Notes under the pieces: generated by a model | What the model saw: only the letters and a program-made list of their open reading frames with translations | Databases searched by the model: none | Told to the model about the DNA's origin: nothing | Part shown: piece by piece, positions 49,470 through 61,365 of the stretch | Layout: each line of letters opens with the position of its first letter | Position numbering within the stretch: position 1 is the stretch's first letter | DNA from: Squalus acanthias | Taxonomy: Eukaryota | NCBI GenBank assembly: GCA_030390025.1 | Contig: JASTWF010000346.1 | Coordinates: 248,001 to 312,000, forward strand | DNA length: 64,000 bases | Reading direction: 5' to 3' | Made by a program: the position numbers and the translations under genes

Positions 49470-50186
49470 GATCCGCCAATCACAGCTCCGGGTCCTCGCG
49501 CTTTGAGCCGTTGGGCTTTGAGCGCTCGGCCCCGCCCCCCGCTCGTACTCGGCGCTCCTCCAATCACAGCCTCCCATTTCTCCCGCTCCCTCGGGCCGCT
49601 CGCGCTTTGACCGTTGGGTTTTGAGCGCTCGGCCCCGCTCGTACTCGGCGCTCCTCCAATCACAGCCTCCCATTTCTCCCGCTCCCTCCGGCCACTCGCG
49701 CTTTGACCGTTGGGTTTTGAGAGCTCAGCCCCTCCCCGCTCGTGCTCGGCGCTCCTCCAATCACAGCCTCCCATTTCTCCCGCTCCCTCGGGCCGCTCGC
49801 GCTTTGACCGTTGGGCTTTGAGAGCTCAGCCCCTCCCCCCCCGCTCGTGCTCAGCGGTCCTTCAATCTTAGCCTCCCCTTTCCCCCGCTCACGCTTTGAC
49901 CACTCAGCCCTTTCCCCGCGCGCATGCTCGCCGCTCCTCCAATCACAGCCTCCCATTTCCCTCGCTCGCGCTTTGACCGTTGGGCTTTGAGCGCTCAGCC
50001 CCTCTTCCCGCTCGTGCTCCCCGATCCTCCAATCACAGCCTCCCATTTCTCCCGCTCTCTCCGGCTGCTCGCACTTTGGCCGTTGGGATTTGAGCGCTCA
50101 ACCCCTCCACCCGCTCGTACTCTCTGATCCTCCAGTCACAGCCTGCCTTCCCCCCTCGCTCTTTGACCGTTGGGGTTTGAGCGCTC
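49470..50186. repeat. GC-rich tandem array, 8 units of about 77-105 bp, each with a CCAATCACAG or variant
   Basis: CCAAT or variant at 49476, 49560, 49656, 49757, 49862, 49939, 50029, 50132; shared gctttgaccgttggg..tgagcgctc. Confidence 0.9.
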
Positions 50187-50895
50187 ACTTGCACCGAGGG
50201 ACCAAATCCAAGAACCACTTACACTGAGAGACGAAATTGAGAGACCACTTACACCAAGAGATCAAATCCCTGGGCCACTTACACCGAGAGATCAAATCCA
50301 GAGACCACTTACACCGAGAGATCAAATTCATGGACCATTTACACCATGATACCGAATCCAGAGACCACTTACACCGAGAGATCAAATCCCCGGGCCACTG
50401 AGAGATGAAATTGAGAGACCACTTACACCAAGAGATCAAATCCATGAACCACTTACACGAAGAGATCAAATCCAGAAACCACTTCCACCGAGAGATCAAA
50501 TCCAGAGACCACTTACACGGAGAGATCAAATCCGGGGACCACTTACACCGAGAGATCAAATCCAGAGACCACTTACACGGAGAGATCAAATCCAGAAACC
50601 ACTTCCACCGAGAGATCAAATCCAGAGACCACTTACACTGAGAGATCAAATCCAGGGACCACTTACACGGAGAGATCAAATCCAGAGACCACTTACACGG
50701 AGAGATCAAATCCAGAGACCACTTACACAGAGAGATCAAATCCGGGGACCACTTTCACCGAGAGATCAAATCCAGAGACCACTTACACGGAGAGATCAAA
50801 TCCAGAGACCACTTACACGGAGAGACCAAATCCAAGGACCAATTACACCGAGAGACCAAGTTTAGGGACTACTTACATCGAGAGATCAAATCCAG
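50187..50895. repeat. 30-bp minisatellite, about 23 copies
   Basis: Unit ACCACTTACACCGAGAGATCAAATCCAGAG. Degenerate units also at about 51165-51255 and 17730-17800. Confidence 0.93.
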
Positions 50896-51160
50896 GGGGT
50901 CCCTCTGGCTGACCACACCTGGGTAGCCCTGAAGAACATGCCTGCTGTGTCCGCCGCAATGCATGAGGCCTTCCACAACAGGTGGGCACCGCAAGGACTC
51001 AAGTGCATAGTTGACACTAGCTTTAATATTATTTAGTTTATAAATTTCCTTTCTTCTAATGTTTAAGTTCCTTATTAGTTGTGCCCCTTTCATGGGGCAT
51101 TTTTATTTGATTTATAATTGATGACACTGGGGCAACTCAATGTCCCAATTATTGGTTAAT
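50896..51160 (+). mobile_element. Tx1-type LINE 3' end
   Basis: gaggccttccacaacaggtgggcaccgcaaggact (EAFHNRWAPQGL) matches 16298-16332; AT-rich 3' UTR. Confidence 0.6.
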
Positions 51161-51639
51161 TTAAATAGGAGACCAAATCGAGAGACAAATTATATCAAGA
51201 GACCAAGTCCAGGGACCACTTACATTGTGACACCAAATCAAGAGATCGCTTACAGGCCCAGCTGTTGCGGGGAGTGTGGTCTAAGAAGAAGGAGACGTCA
51301 TCAGGATGAGATATCAAAGAGAAGGATGGAGAGGAGGAAGAGATCAGATCATCATCAGAGACTTAGTACAAAGCAGAAGGAAGGATTAAGAACAACTTCA
51401 CTAATAAAAGGGCATGGTGCTGAAAGAGGTGGGTGTGCTGCTGCATTACAACTGCAACTGGTACTTGCCAGTCTTTCTTTTCGACAGCACCTTTTGCCCT
51501 TGAGTGTTGGTTTGGATCTCCTGCATGTTAAGACTTGACAGTTTCATGAGAGAGGGTGGACGAAAGAAGAACAAGATTCACATCAGTGCCCTAGGGAAGA
51601 GGGCTGAAGATAGGGTGGAGTGTGTGTGTGTGTTTTTTA

Positions 51640-51945
51640 TTATTTGTTTATGGGATGTGGGCGTCGCTGGCAAGGCCAGCATTTATTGCCCATCCCTAAT
51701 TGCCCTTGAGAAGGTGGTGGTGAGCCGCCTTCTTGAACCACGGTAGTCCGTGTGATGAAGGTACTCCCACAGTGCTGTTAGGTAGGGAGTTCCAGGATTT
51801 TGACCCAGCGACGATGAAGGATCGGTGATATACTTCTAAGTCAGGATGGTGTGTGACTTGGAGGTGGTGGCGTTCCCATCCGTCTGCTGCCCTTGTCCTT
51901 CTCGGTGGAAGAGGTCGCGGGTTTGGGAGGTGCTGCCGAAGAAGC
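51640..51945 (-). mobile_element. LINE family B 3' end
   Basis: Closely similar to 1540-1860 and 34575-34880. Confidence 0.85.
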
Positions 51946-52188
51946 TGTGTCTGATGAAAAACACTTTTATAAACACCTCACTGCCTTGCCCTCGAGAGCT
52001 GAAACTGCCTGGGTGAGGACTTCCACTGATAAGATCCCATTCTCTTAACTGTGGACTGTTGTACTAGCCTAGGCAGTTTCAGCTGCCTGGATGAAGACAT
52101 CCCTGCCAACTCCCGCCTCCACCTCCGCCCCCCGCCCCCGCCAGAAGAAAAGTACTGGGAGTTTACGTGGTGCATCACCCACCATCCC

Positions 52189-55100
52189 TGTAGGGGGTGG
52201 TAATGGGGTCAGCCTTCACCTCTGACTCAGAAATATAGAAACATAGAAGATAGGAGCAGGAGTAGGCCATTCGGCCCCATTCGATGAGATCATGGCTGAT
52301 CATCCAAACTCAGTACCCTGTACCTGCCTTCTCCCCATATCCCTTGATACCTTTAGCTTTAAGAAATATATCTAACTCATTCTTGAACATATTTAATGAC
52401 TTGGCCTCAACTACCTTCTGTGGTAGAGAATTCCACAGGTTCACCACTCTCTGGGTGAAGAAATTCCTCCTCATTTCTGTCCTAAATGGCTTACCCCCTA
52501 TCCTTAGATTATGATCCCTGGTTCTGGAATCTCCGACCATCGGGAACATTCTTCCTGCATCTAGTTTGTCCAGACCTGTCAGAATTTTATATGTTTCGAT
52601 GAGATCCCCTCTCATTCTTCTATACTCCAGCGAGTATAAGCCCAATCGACCCAATCTCTCCTCATATGTCATTCTTGCCATCCCAGGTATCAGCCTTGTG
52701 AATCTTCGCTGAACTCCCTCCATGGCAAGAACATCCTTCCTCAGATAAGGCGACCAAAACTGCACACAATACTCAAGGTGTGGTCTCACCAAGGCCCTGT
52801 ACAACTGCAGCAGGACATCCCTGCTCCAATACTCAAACCCTTTCGCTATGAAGGCCAACATACCATTTGCCTTCTTCACCGCCTGCTGCACCTGCATGCT
52901 TACCTTCAGCGACTGCTGCACAAGGACACCCAGGTCTCGTTGCACTTCCCCTTCTCCCAATCTATTGCCATTCAGATAATAGTCTGCCTTTCTGTTTTTG
53001 ACACCAAAGTGGATAACCTCGCATTTATGCACGTTATATTGCATCTGCCACGCTTCTGCCCACTCACCCAACCTGTCCAAATCATCCTGGAGTTTCTCGG
53101 TATCCTCCTCGCAGCACACACTCCCACCCAGCTTTGTGTCATCTGCAAACTTGGAGATATTACATTTAGTTCCCTTATCTAGATCATTAATGTATATTAT
53201 GAATAGCTGGGGTCCAAGGACCGATCCCTGCGGTATCCCACTAGTCACTGCTTGCCACTCGGAAAAAGACCCATTAATTCCTACTCTCTGCTTTCTGTCC
53301 GCCAACCTGTTCTCTATCCAAGTCAATACCTTGCCCCCAATCCCATGTGCCTTAACTTTACACGCTAATCTCTTATGCGGGACCTTATCGAAAGCCTTTT
53401 GAAAGTCCATGTTGACTTTGTCCGATCCTGTCACTGTTTTTCAAGTGCTCAGCTATTACATCCTTTATAATGGACTCTAGCATTTTCCCCACTACCGATG
53501 TCATTCCTCACTTTCTCTCTACCACCTTTTTTGAATAGTGGGGTAACATTAGCTACCCTCCAATCCATGGGTACAGTTCCAGATTCCATCGAATGTTGGA
53601 AGATGATCAGCAATGCATCTACTATTTCTAGGGCCACTTCCTTAAATACCCTAGGATGTAGATTATCAGGCCCTGGGGATTTATCGGCCTTCAATCCCAT
53701 CAATTTCCCCAACGCCATTTCCCTGCAAATACTGATTTCTTTCAGTTCCTCCCTTTCATCAGACCCTATGTTCTCCAACATCTCTGGGAGGTTATTTGTG
53801 TCCTCCTTTGTGAAGACAGAACCAAAATATGCATTTAATTGGTCTGCCATTTCTTTGTTCCCCATTATAACTTCCCCCGCTTCTGACTGCAAGGGACCTA
53901 CACTTGATTTCACTAATCTTTTTCTCTTCACATATCTATAAAAACTCTTACAATCAGTTTTTATGTTCCCTGCAAGCTTACTCAGTGAACGGTTCGAATC
54001 GCTCCCACGCCCCTGGTTCCTAGACTTTGGACTTATTTAGGGGTTGTGAACAAAGATGCAGTAGAGAACAGGTTCTGATGAAAGAATTCTGACTTTATTA
54101 AAAGAAAAAGGTAACAAACTTAAAACACACTTCATACTTAAACACAGGTTGGGGAACACACGGTACAGGCGAGGGAGAAAGACAATATACCAAAAAAAAC
54201 CTTATCCCTCCTAAAAATCCCACTATCTAGCTAGGTTTTGGTTTCAGGAGATCAAGGATAATGCTCACCAAACGAATCCTTGACAGTTGAGAGTTAGGGT
54301 TTAGAGTCTTTTGAGTAAAAGGTTCCGTAAGGCCCTTGTTGCCGTGAGGTGTCCGATGGTCACTGAGGCAGTCGCTCTGGTTTCTTCTTGTGTGTTGGTC
54401 TGTTTGTGAAGTTGTTGGCCTTCTTTCCTCCTCCTACTCGTGGCTTGTGGTGGCTTTGCTGGAGCAGAGCTGAGAGAGAGAGAGCTGTGCGAGTGTTGAG
54501 AGCATTGTCAGCGAGTCCAGAGAGAGAGAGTGTTGGGACATTAGGCCCCCAATTATACTTGTTCAGCCCCTTTGTCCTTTTCGCGCCCAAAACCCCTTAC
54601 TAAAATGGTTTCCTTTAGATTTCAAATGAGCCCTGTTTATTCCATTGTCTTAGTTTTGGCGGGCTTGTTAGTTTCGATGGCTTTAACTTGGTGTTAAACA
54701 TGTCCTGATAGCTTCCGATTTAGGCAAGGCCTTTACGCGCCAAATCTTGTCCCTATTGTCCTAGGTTTTTTGGCGGGCTTTAAATCTATCCTGTGGATAC
54801 CTGGTTGATTGGTTTTTGATGAAGTAAATCGGGGTACTAAATGTTTGATTGATTTCAGGCTTCTGGTATCCTGTGTGGGCCTGGGAATTTCAAAAGAGGT
54901 CTTGGATTATTCATATTTCGATGTGTGTGTGAGGCTTTTGGGTTTGTCTCTTCCTCCTTGGTAGGAAGGCAGTGTAAACACATTCCCAGACAGCTTGATT
55001 GGGCCCCAATACCCAAAGCTGTCCACTGCCTGGCCACGCCTCTCCGCAGCCTGTCGGTGTCTGTGAAAGGTGTCTTTCCCAACAGTAAGATTCAAAAAGT

Positions 55101-55219
55101 CATTTTCCTCAGGGTTTTTCTCCCCTGATCTTTAAAAATGTCCAAAACTGAGGGTTTTACCTCAAATCACTTCACTTAGGGTTCTGTTCGAGTTTCTGGG
55201 GGATTTTGCGATGCCTACA
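52189..55219 (-). mobile_element. Solo LTR, copy 2, TSD TCCC, interrupted by CR1
   Basis: TGTAGGG (52189)...GCCTACA (55219); TCCC at 52185-52188 and 55220-55223; 53980-54395 is the reverse complement of the 3' half of copy 1. Confidence 0.85.
52231..53979 (-). mobile_element. Young 5'-truncated CR1 LINE inside LTR copy 2
   Basis: ORFs 53449-53931 and 52310-53434 ([32 protein letters not shown]); internal deletion near 53410-53500. Confidence 0.92.
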
Positions 55220-56390
55220 TCCCCCAGCCCTGCAGTACCTCTCTTCTACTGCCTTCATTTCCTACCCTTTCTGACTCCTCTTGTAGAAGCCCTGTCCATT
55301 GTGGCGGGGGAAACAGATTATGATAATTTACCACCACATGTGGCTGGATCGGGCATCCTGGGTGCTCAGCTGGACAGGGGTACTAAGGCTGAGTCTGCCC
55401 TGTTGCCACCAGAAATCACCCAGGAATTGCTTGACCTGCTCGATAAGGTAAAGAGAAACACCCCATCCGCTGGGTTGGTTGCTTGTGGTGGGGAAGGGGA
55501 GGGTGTGCTTTCCCCATCTCTGAGCGTGGTGCCAAGCGCCTTGGTGGAACTAGGAATGATCTTGCTCCCTGTTTCGCCTTACAGCCTGGGGCCTGAGCTA
55601 CACTGCTCGGAGGCATGGGAAGGCCCTGGACCACTGTTGCCCTTTGCCCCTGATCCCTCGGAGGAGCCTAAGGAGGACTTCCCTGCTGAGCATCCTGGGG
55701 ATGGCATCCTTGCAGAGGTAGAGCCGCTTGGAACGCCCGATCCAGTAGCTGCACTCTCTGCGGTGGGTGGTTCAGTCTCACTCGGCAGTGACATGGAGGA
55801 AGATGGCGACTCGGTGGGCACCAGGGACAATTTAGAGTCCATCGCCAGTGAGGCAGTGGATTCCCTAGTGCCCCCGACAAAGTCCCCCATCATCCCCATT
55901 GAGGAACTCCAGGAATTTCTTGGAAGTAACTGTTATCGCTGCAACAGGTATAGCTGGCCATCGACCATTGGTCAGAGCTGGCGTTGCTCATCCAGTCCAT
56001 CTGCACGCCATCAAAACCTTGGCCGCGGGCGAGGATGTTGACTGGGATGGGCTGTGCTGGGCTCCTGAGGGAGTTGAGGTCAGGTAGTGGCCCCACTTCC
56101 CCATCATATTATTGGTGTTTTGGCCAAGGTTGCACTCTGCTTTTGTCATGAAGATAGCCATAGCCAGCCTCAACATTAATGGCAGCACAGAGGCCTGCCA
56201 CAGATGCAACAACTTTTTAGTTCTTTGGGAAGGGAAGTATGTGGTGTGCATCCTGCAGGAAACCCACGCCATTCCGGGAGACAAATCCAAATGGATCCTG
56301 GAGTGGGGTCTACATAAATCACCTCGCCACGTCTTCAAGCAGGGAGGTTATCTTGTTGGCCCCACATTTTCAGTTTTATATCTTGGGGGC
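55220..56390 (+). mobile_element. Tx1-type LINE ORF1 end plus endonuclease start
   Basis: VDSLVPPTKSPIIPIEELQEF matches 16450-16515; MKIAIASLNINGSTE...CILQETH. Confidence 0.85.
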
Positions 56391-56769
56391 ACTGTTGCCT
56401 CTAAGGTGCACGGGTGAGTGCGCACTAAACCCGAGCTCACGCGCAATTGATTTGAAATGCCGCACAGAGAACTGGACAGCAGCTGGAGTGGGAGAGGGGC
56501 CAATACACAATGGCCCCGGGAATCCAGACAGACTCGTTTGTGAGTCTTGTGACCTCAGAGCCAATCGCAATTGCAGCTCTTGAAGTGTGTGTTCTGATGG
56601 TTGATGGGTTGCTGTATAACGCTGGATTTGGTTTTCTCCCTTGAACTTTGAGCGGGACAGCGTATACCGGAGCCGCGCATGCGCAGTATCCAGTTGGACC
56701 ACGCTTTCATCGGCTCCATGCAGAGGTCAGGGGATCCATTCGTGGCAGGTGGGGTGAAGATCAAGGATC

Positions 56770-57690
56770 AAAATGGGAGAGAGAGGGAATCGGAGGATGG
56801 AGACTGAGGTAGAGGGGGAGGGAGACTAGGGGAGAGGGAGAGACTGGGGGAGAGGGGGAGGGAGACTGGGGGAGAGACAGAGAGAGACTGGGGGGAGAGA
56901 GAGAGAACATAAGAACAGAAGAAATAGGAGTAGGAGCAGGCCATTTGGCCCCTCGAGCCTGCTCCGCCATTCAATAAGATCATGGCTGATCTTCTACCTC
57001 AACTCCACTTTCCTGCACTATCCCCATATCCCTTGATTCCCTTAATATCTAAAAATATATCGATCTCTGTCTTGAATATACTCATTGACTGAGCCTCCAC
57101 AGCCCTCTGGGGTAGAGAATTTCAAAGATTCACCACCCTCTGAGTGAAGAAATTTCTCCTTATCTCAGTCCTACTGGGAGAGAGAGAGACTGGGGAGAGA
57201 GACAGGGAGAGAGAGAGAGAGACTGGGGGGAGAGAGACTGGGGAGAGAGAAAGACTGGGGAGAGAGTGAGACTGGGGAGAGAGAGAGAGACGGGAGAGAG
57301 AGACTGGGAGAGAGAGAGAGACTGGGGAGAGAGAGAGAGAGACTGGGGAGAGTGAGAGACTGGGGAGAGAGAGAGAGACTGGGGGGAGAGAGAGAGAGAC
57401 TAGGGAGAGAGAGAGACTGGGGAGAGAGAGAGACTGGGGAGAAAGAGAGAGACTGGGGAGAGAGAGACTGGGAGAGAGAGAGAGAGACTGGGAGAGAGAG
57501 AGACTGGAAGAGAGAGAGAGACTGGGAGAGAGGGAGACTGGGAGAGAGAGAGAGAGAGACTGGGAGAGAGAGAGAGAGACTGGGGAGAGAGAGAGACTGG
57601 GGAGAGAGAGACTGGGGAGAGAGAGACTGGGGGAGAGAGAGAGAATGAGACTTGGGGAACAGAGAGGGACAGAGAGAGAGGGACAGAGAG
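56770..57690. repeat. GA-rich simple repeat (GAGAGAGACTGGG)n with a CR1 3' end inserted at about 56905-57172
   Basis: Direct reading; minus-strand CR1 piece [16 protein letters not shown]. Confidence 0.9.
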
Positions 57691-57823
57691 TGGGGTAAGG
57701 TTCCAGACGCGTGTAGTCGTTCCCAGGGACTGAGCAGCGGCCGTACTTTGGAACAACACAGGTGGAGGCGTAGCACATGTGCAATGGCCGCTGGAAAGAG
57801 GCTAAAGCAAACAAGTTTTAGGC

Positions 57824-59466
57824 TGTAGGGAGTGGTGGTTTGTGTCAGCTTCACCTCTGACTTCTGAGCGGTTCGAATCGCTCCCACTCCCTTGGTTCTA
57901 GACCTTGGACTTATTTGGGGGTTGTGATAAAAAGGTGCAGCAGACAATTGAGTTTGATGAAAGAACTTCAATCTTTATTAAAAGGTAAAAACACAATAAT
58001 AACACTCTTAACACTCTAAAGGTGGGGAACACTTCGGTACAAGCGAGGGAAATAACAGTACAGCAAAACTTCACCCCTCCCAACCCCACTTTACGAGCTA
58101 AGTTAGGCTATGAAGGACCAGGGATAATGCTCACCAATCCTTTGACAGTTGGGGTTCGTTGTTTATGGCGGTTAGTGTCTGCCGTACCCCGTATGCGGTA
58201 GAGGACTTCACCTGCGTCTCTGGTCAGTCTTCGCGAGTCCGCTGATGCGGTAGGGTGCGTTTTGGATCTATCAGGTGAGTACCCAATTTCCTTTGGTTAG
58301 AAGTAGAAATCTTACCCAAGGGTAAGTCAGGAGTAGTTTGTAGAGTGGAAACTTTGCGGTTCTTCGGGTTTTCTTCCTTTGAGTTGGTCTTTGTTGGTCG
58401 CAGTGGCCTGCTATTACCCGGTCAGTTGGAGATAATATGCGGTTGTTGGTTTCGTGAGGCCTTTGGTTTCCGCGATGGCTTTAGGCCTTGTCTGGCGTGT
58501 CGGTCGACCTTGTGGAGCCATCGGTTGCTTGTTGCTCCGGGTGACTGTGTTGGGACCGTTGTTGGAGGTCTGTCGAGGTGTTGTCTTCACGGGCTGGACT
58601 CAGGTGTGTCTGAGTGGTGAGCGATGCCGACTCGCTTCCAGCTCGACTTGGGTCTGTGATGTTGCTCCTTGTCCCCACACTCGGCTGTGTGTGTGATGCT
58701 GGTGACCCGCTTGTCTCGACTCGTCTCCGTACTGGTGTGTTGTAGAGTAATGTCTTCCTTGTGATAGGCCTTTCAATTATACTAAATTGAAGTGGTCTTA
58801 TCAGCCCGCCAAATCTGCTCAGTTCTTTGTCTGGTTTTGGCGGGCCCGTTAATGGTAACAACTTTACTAGCGTGTTAACTGGTTTTTAACAGGCCTTCAA
58901 TCTCACCCATTGAACATGGCCTTATCTACTCGCCAAATCTGCTCAGCTCATTGTCTGATTTTTAGCAGGCCTGTTACCAGTAACTGCTCTGTAAGTGTCT
59001 AATGGCTTTTTGGGATGGCTTGCATCCTGTCGATCACTGGTGATTGGTTTTGTGTTTTGGTTTCCTAGGCTAGGCCCAGGTTTTCTATGGGATGAACCTG
59101 ATTGATTTGTATTATGCATGTTTCTGATGGGTCCTGCAATCGGTTTTTGATGGGGTCTGTCTTTTGGGTGGGACTGTCCTTTTCCAAGGTCTATTGTCCA
59201 AATGTTAATGTCTGCTGGGCTTTGAGTGAGGTCATCCCGGTTCCCCAGACAGTGTAATTAACTGCAATAGCCAAACTGCTTTTACAGAGGTCGAGCCCAC
59301 CTCTTTGTCCCTTTACAGGCCCAGACATGTTTTTAAAATGCCAAAACTTGGTTTTTGGTCTTAAATTCCTTATGTTAGGCCCAAATGCATTTTTATCACT
59401 CTGAGGTAGTTCCAAAGTCCTTTTTCCTTAGGTTTTTGGGGATCTGCAAATTTTGGAAACCTTACA
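57824..59466 (-). mobile_element. Solo LTR, copy 3 (1643 bp), TSD AGGC
   Basis: TGTAGGG...CCTTACA termini; AGGC at 57820-57823 and 59467-59470; 59466-58770 is the reverse complement of the 5' half of copy 1. Confidence 0.88.
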
Positions 59467-60569
59467 AGGCCCCCGGTGAAACAAAAATGAGAATAAAAAA
59501 AAAAAAATTCAGAGAATTGTTTAAAGCCAGAAAAACATAGGGGAAAGTGATGTTGAATGTCCCGCGGTCAGTTCCAGTTAAATTTTGCCAGGTGTTGTCC
59601 CCTTTTAGAAAGAGTCCATCAGGGTTATTTAAATCATGTTCTGAGAGAGGGGGAAAGTTTGTGCCACTGTTTGTACCTCAGAGTCTGTGAGAGACGGAGG
59701 GAATGGCAGCAGAAAAAGAGGACACAACTTCCCCAAGAATGAACTCAAATCATCGCCAAGGCTGGGGATAGAAAACATCACCGCCTCCTTAGGAAGTTTA
59801 ACCACTTTATTCACTTTCTTATTTGAGCTCCGTTTGGAATTAGAGTTTATTTTATTATTTTTTGTTGTATGTTTAACGACAGCATTGAAGAGGGAAAGAG
59901 AAACTTGGAGCAACTTCTGTCAAAGCTGCAACAAGACTTAAAAGAATTTAAAGATTTTTAATGAACTTTTCACAAAAAATGAGTCTTCAAAACACTTTTT
60001 CCCCCCCCTAAGTTTCAAATATGATTTTGGAAGAAACAGAAACAAAAATCAATTTTCCCCTTATCGAGGTCTTGAAGTCCAAACGCTTTTAAAGAGAGTC
60101 TGAAATGCTTAAAACATTTAAAAATTGAAATTTCTCAATATTTGATTTTGAACGATCGACTGAAGTGAGTAGCTTTACACAAACATGCAACCATGCTGTT
60201 GAGGAGGGGGAGGGCAGGAAGGATTTGTAGGAGTTAAATATTACTTTTTATTGACTTTTCAAAAAATATCATTAAGACATTTAGGAAGAGAAGCAAAAAA
60301 GGGGAAAAACACAAACCATTTTATTTTGTCTGTCGTTCTATAGTCCTAACAATTCCCAGGAATAATGTAAATATAGATTTCCTCTTAAATGTTTAGTGGA
60401 GTGTTAATAGAAACACGAGTTATGTAATGATGTATAAAAATTGCAGGAAGATACTTTAGAAGAAATTACTATTTATTTATTGAGAAAGAAACAGAAAATA
60501 CTTTGATTAAACTGATAATGTACAATTTTGATTTGGTATAAATGTTTGAAGTAGAAGATTAAAAATTGA

Positions 60570-61365
60570 GGGCGTGAAATTCAGTTACGCCCCATTTAGG
60601 GGCGGTAACTGAGTTAAGGCCGGAAATTTAGCGCCCGGCGTGGAAGTAACGGCCCGGCCGCTAAATTCGGATTACCGCCCAGCACAGGAAGTGGAGTACA
60701 ACGTTGGGCACTCCACTTCCTGGGTGGGGTGGTAACCGAGGTGATGTCAGGGCGCAATCGGCAGCACTCCGCGGAGCGCTGCCATGTTTCAACGCCCCTC
60801 CCCATCAGTTAAAGAGGAGGGCCATTGCGTACACTGCAGGGCCTCCGGTGGCCCACACTAGGCCACCAGTGCGGCGTGGTGCCATGGCAGCAGCCCGACG
60901 CCGAGATGCGGTGCCGGGCTGTGCGATGGCAGTCAGGACCATGCCACAGCCCACCACGGAGGGCTGACCTGGTGGTCGGCCAAAAAAAGAAAATGGCAGC
61001 ATGGGTTGCAGACGCACCTCCCCTTTAAATACTGCCCTGCGAGCGGAGGTTGGCCTGGTTTGCGACCCGAGAGGCTGGTGTTTACACCACCCACGGCAGC
61101 CTCCCGGGGCATAGCCGAATTTCTGCCGCGGGGCGCTAAGGGGTCGGGGTGCATGACAATGACATCATCGCCAGCATTGCAGCGGCACAGGGTGCTACCG
61201 GGGGGGGTGCGGCATTATCGGGTAGCGCCTCAGCAACACTCCGCCGAATTTCTCGGGAGGCGCTTTTTTCCCCCCCGGCCAGGCGATAAGCCCTTTGCGC
61301 TCTATTAGCGCCCCCCCCCTCCAGAGACGCTAACACCAGGTGCAAAGGAGCCGAATTTCTATCCC
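60570..61365. mobile_element. GC-rich PIF/Harbinger-like non-autonomous element, 3-bp TSD TGA
   Basis: GGGCGTGAAATTC ... GAATTTCTATCCC termini with TGA on both sides. Confidence 0.7.

Noticed and set aside
50185..50739. 184-aa ORF with a CKWSLDLISR repeat
   Set aside because: It is the translation of a 30-bp minisatellite, open only because the unit is a multiple of 3 and lacks stops.
47293..50895. 30-bp, 40-bp and about 95-bp arrays as CRISPR-like repeat-spacer arrays
   Set aside because: Units are head-to-tail with no unique spacers, there are no cas genes, and the context is vertebrate.
55211..56041. 276-aa ORF as a novel host gene
   Set aside because: Its start lies in the LTR end and its C-terminal part matches the Tx1 ORF1 remnant at 16350-16660.
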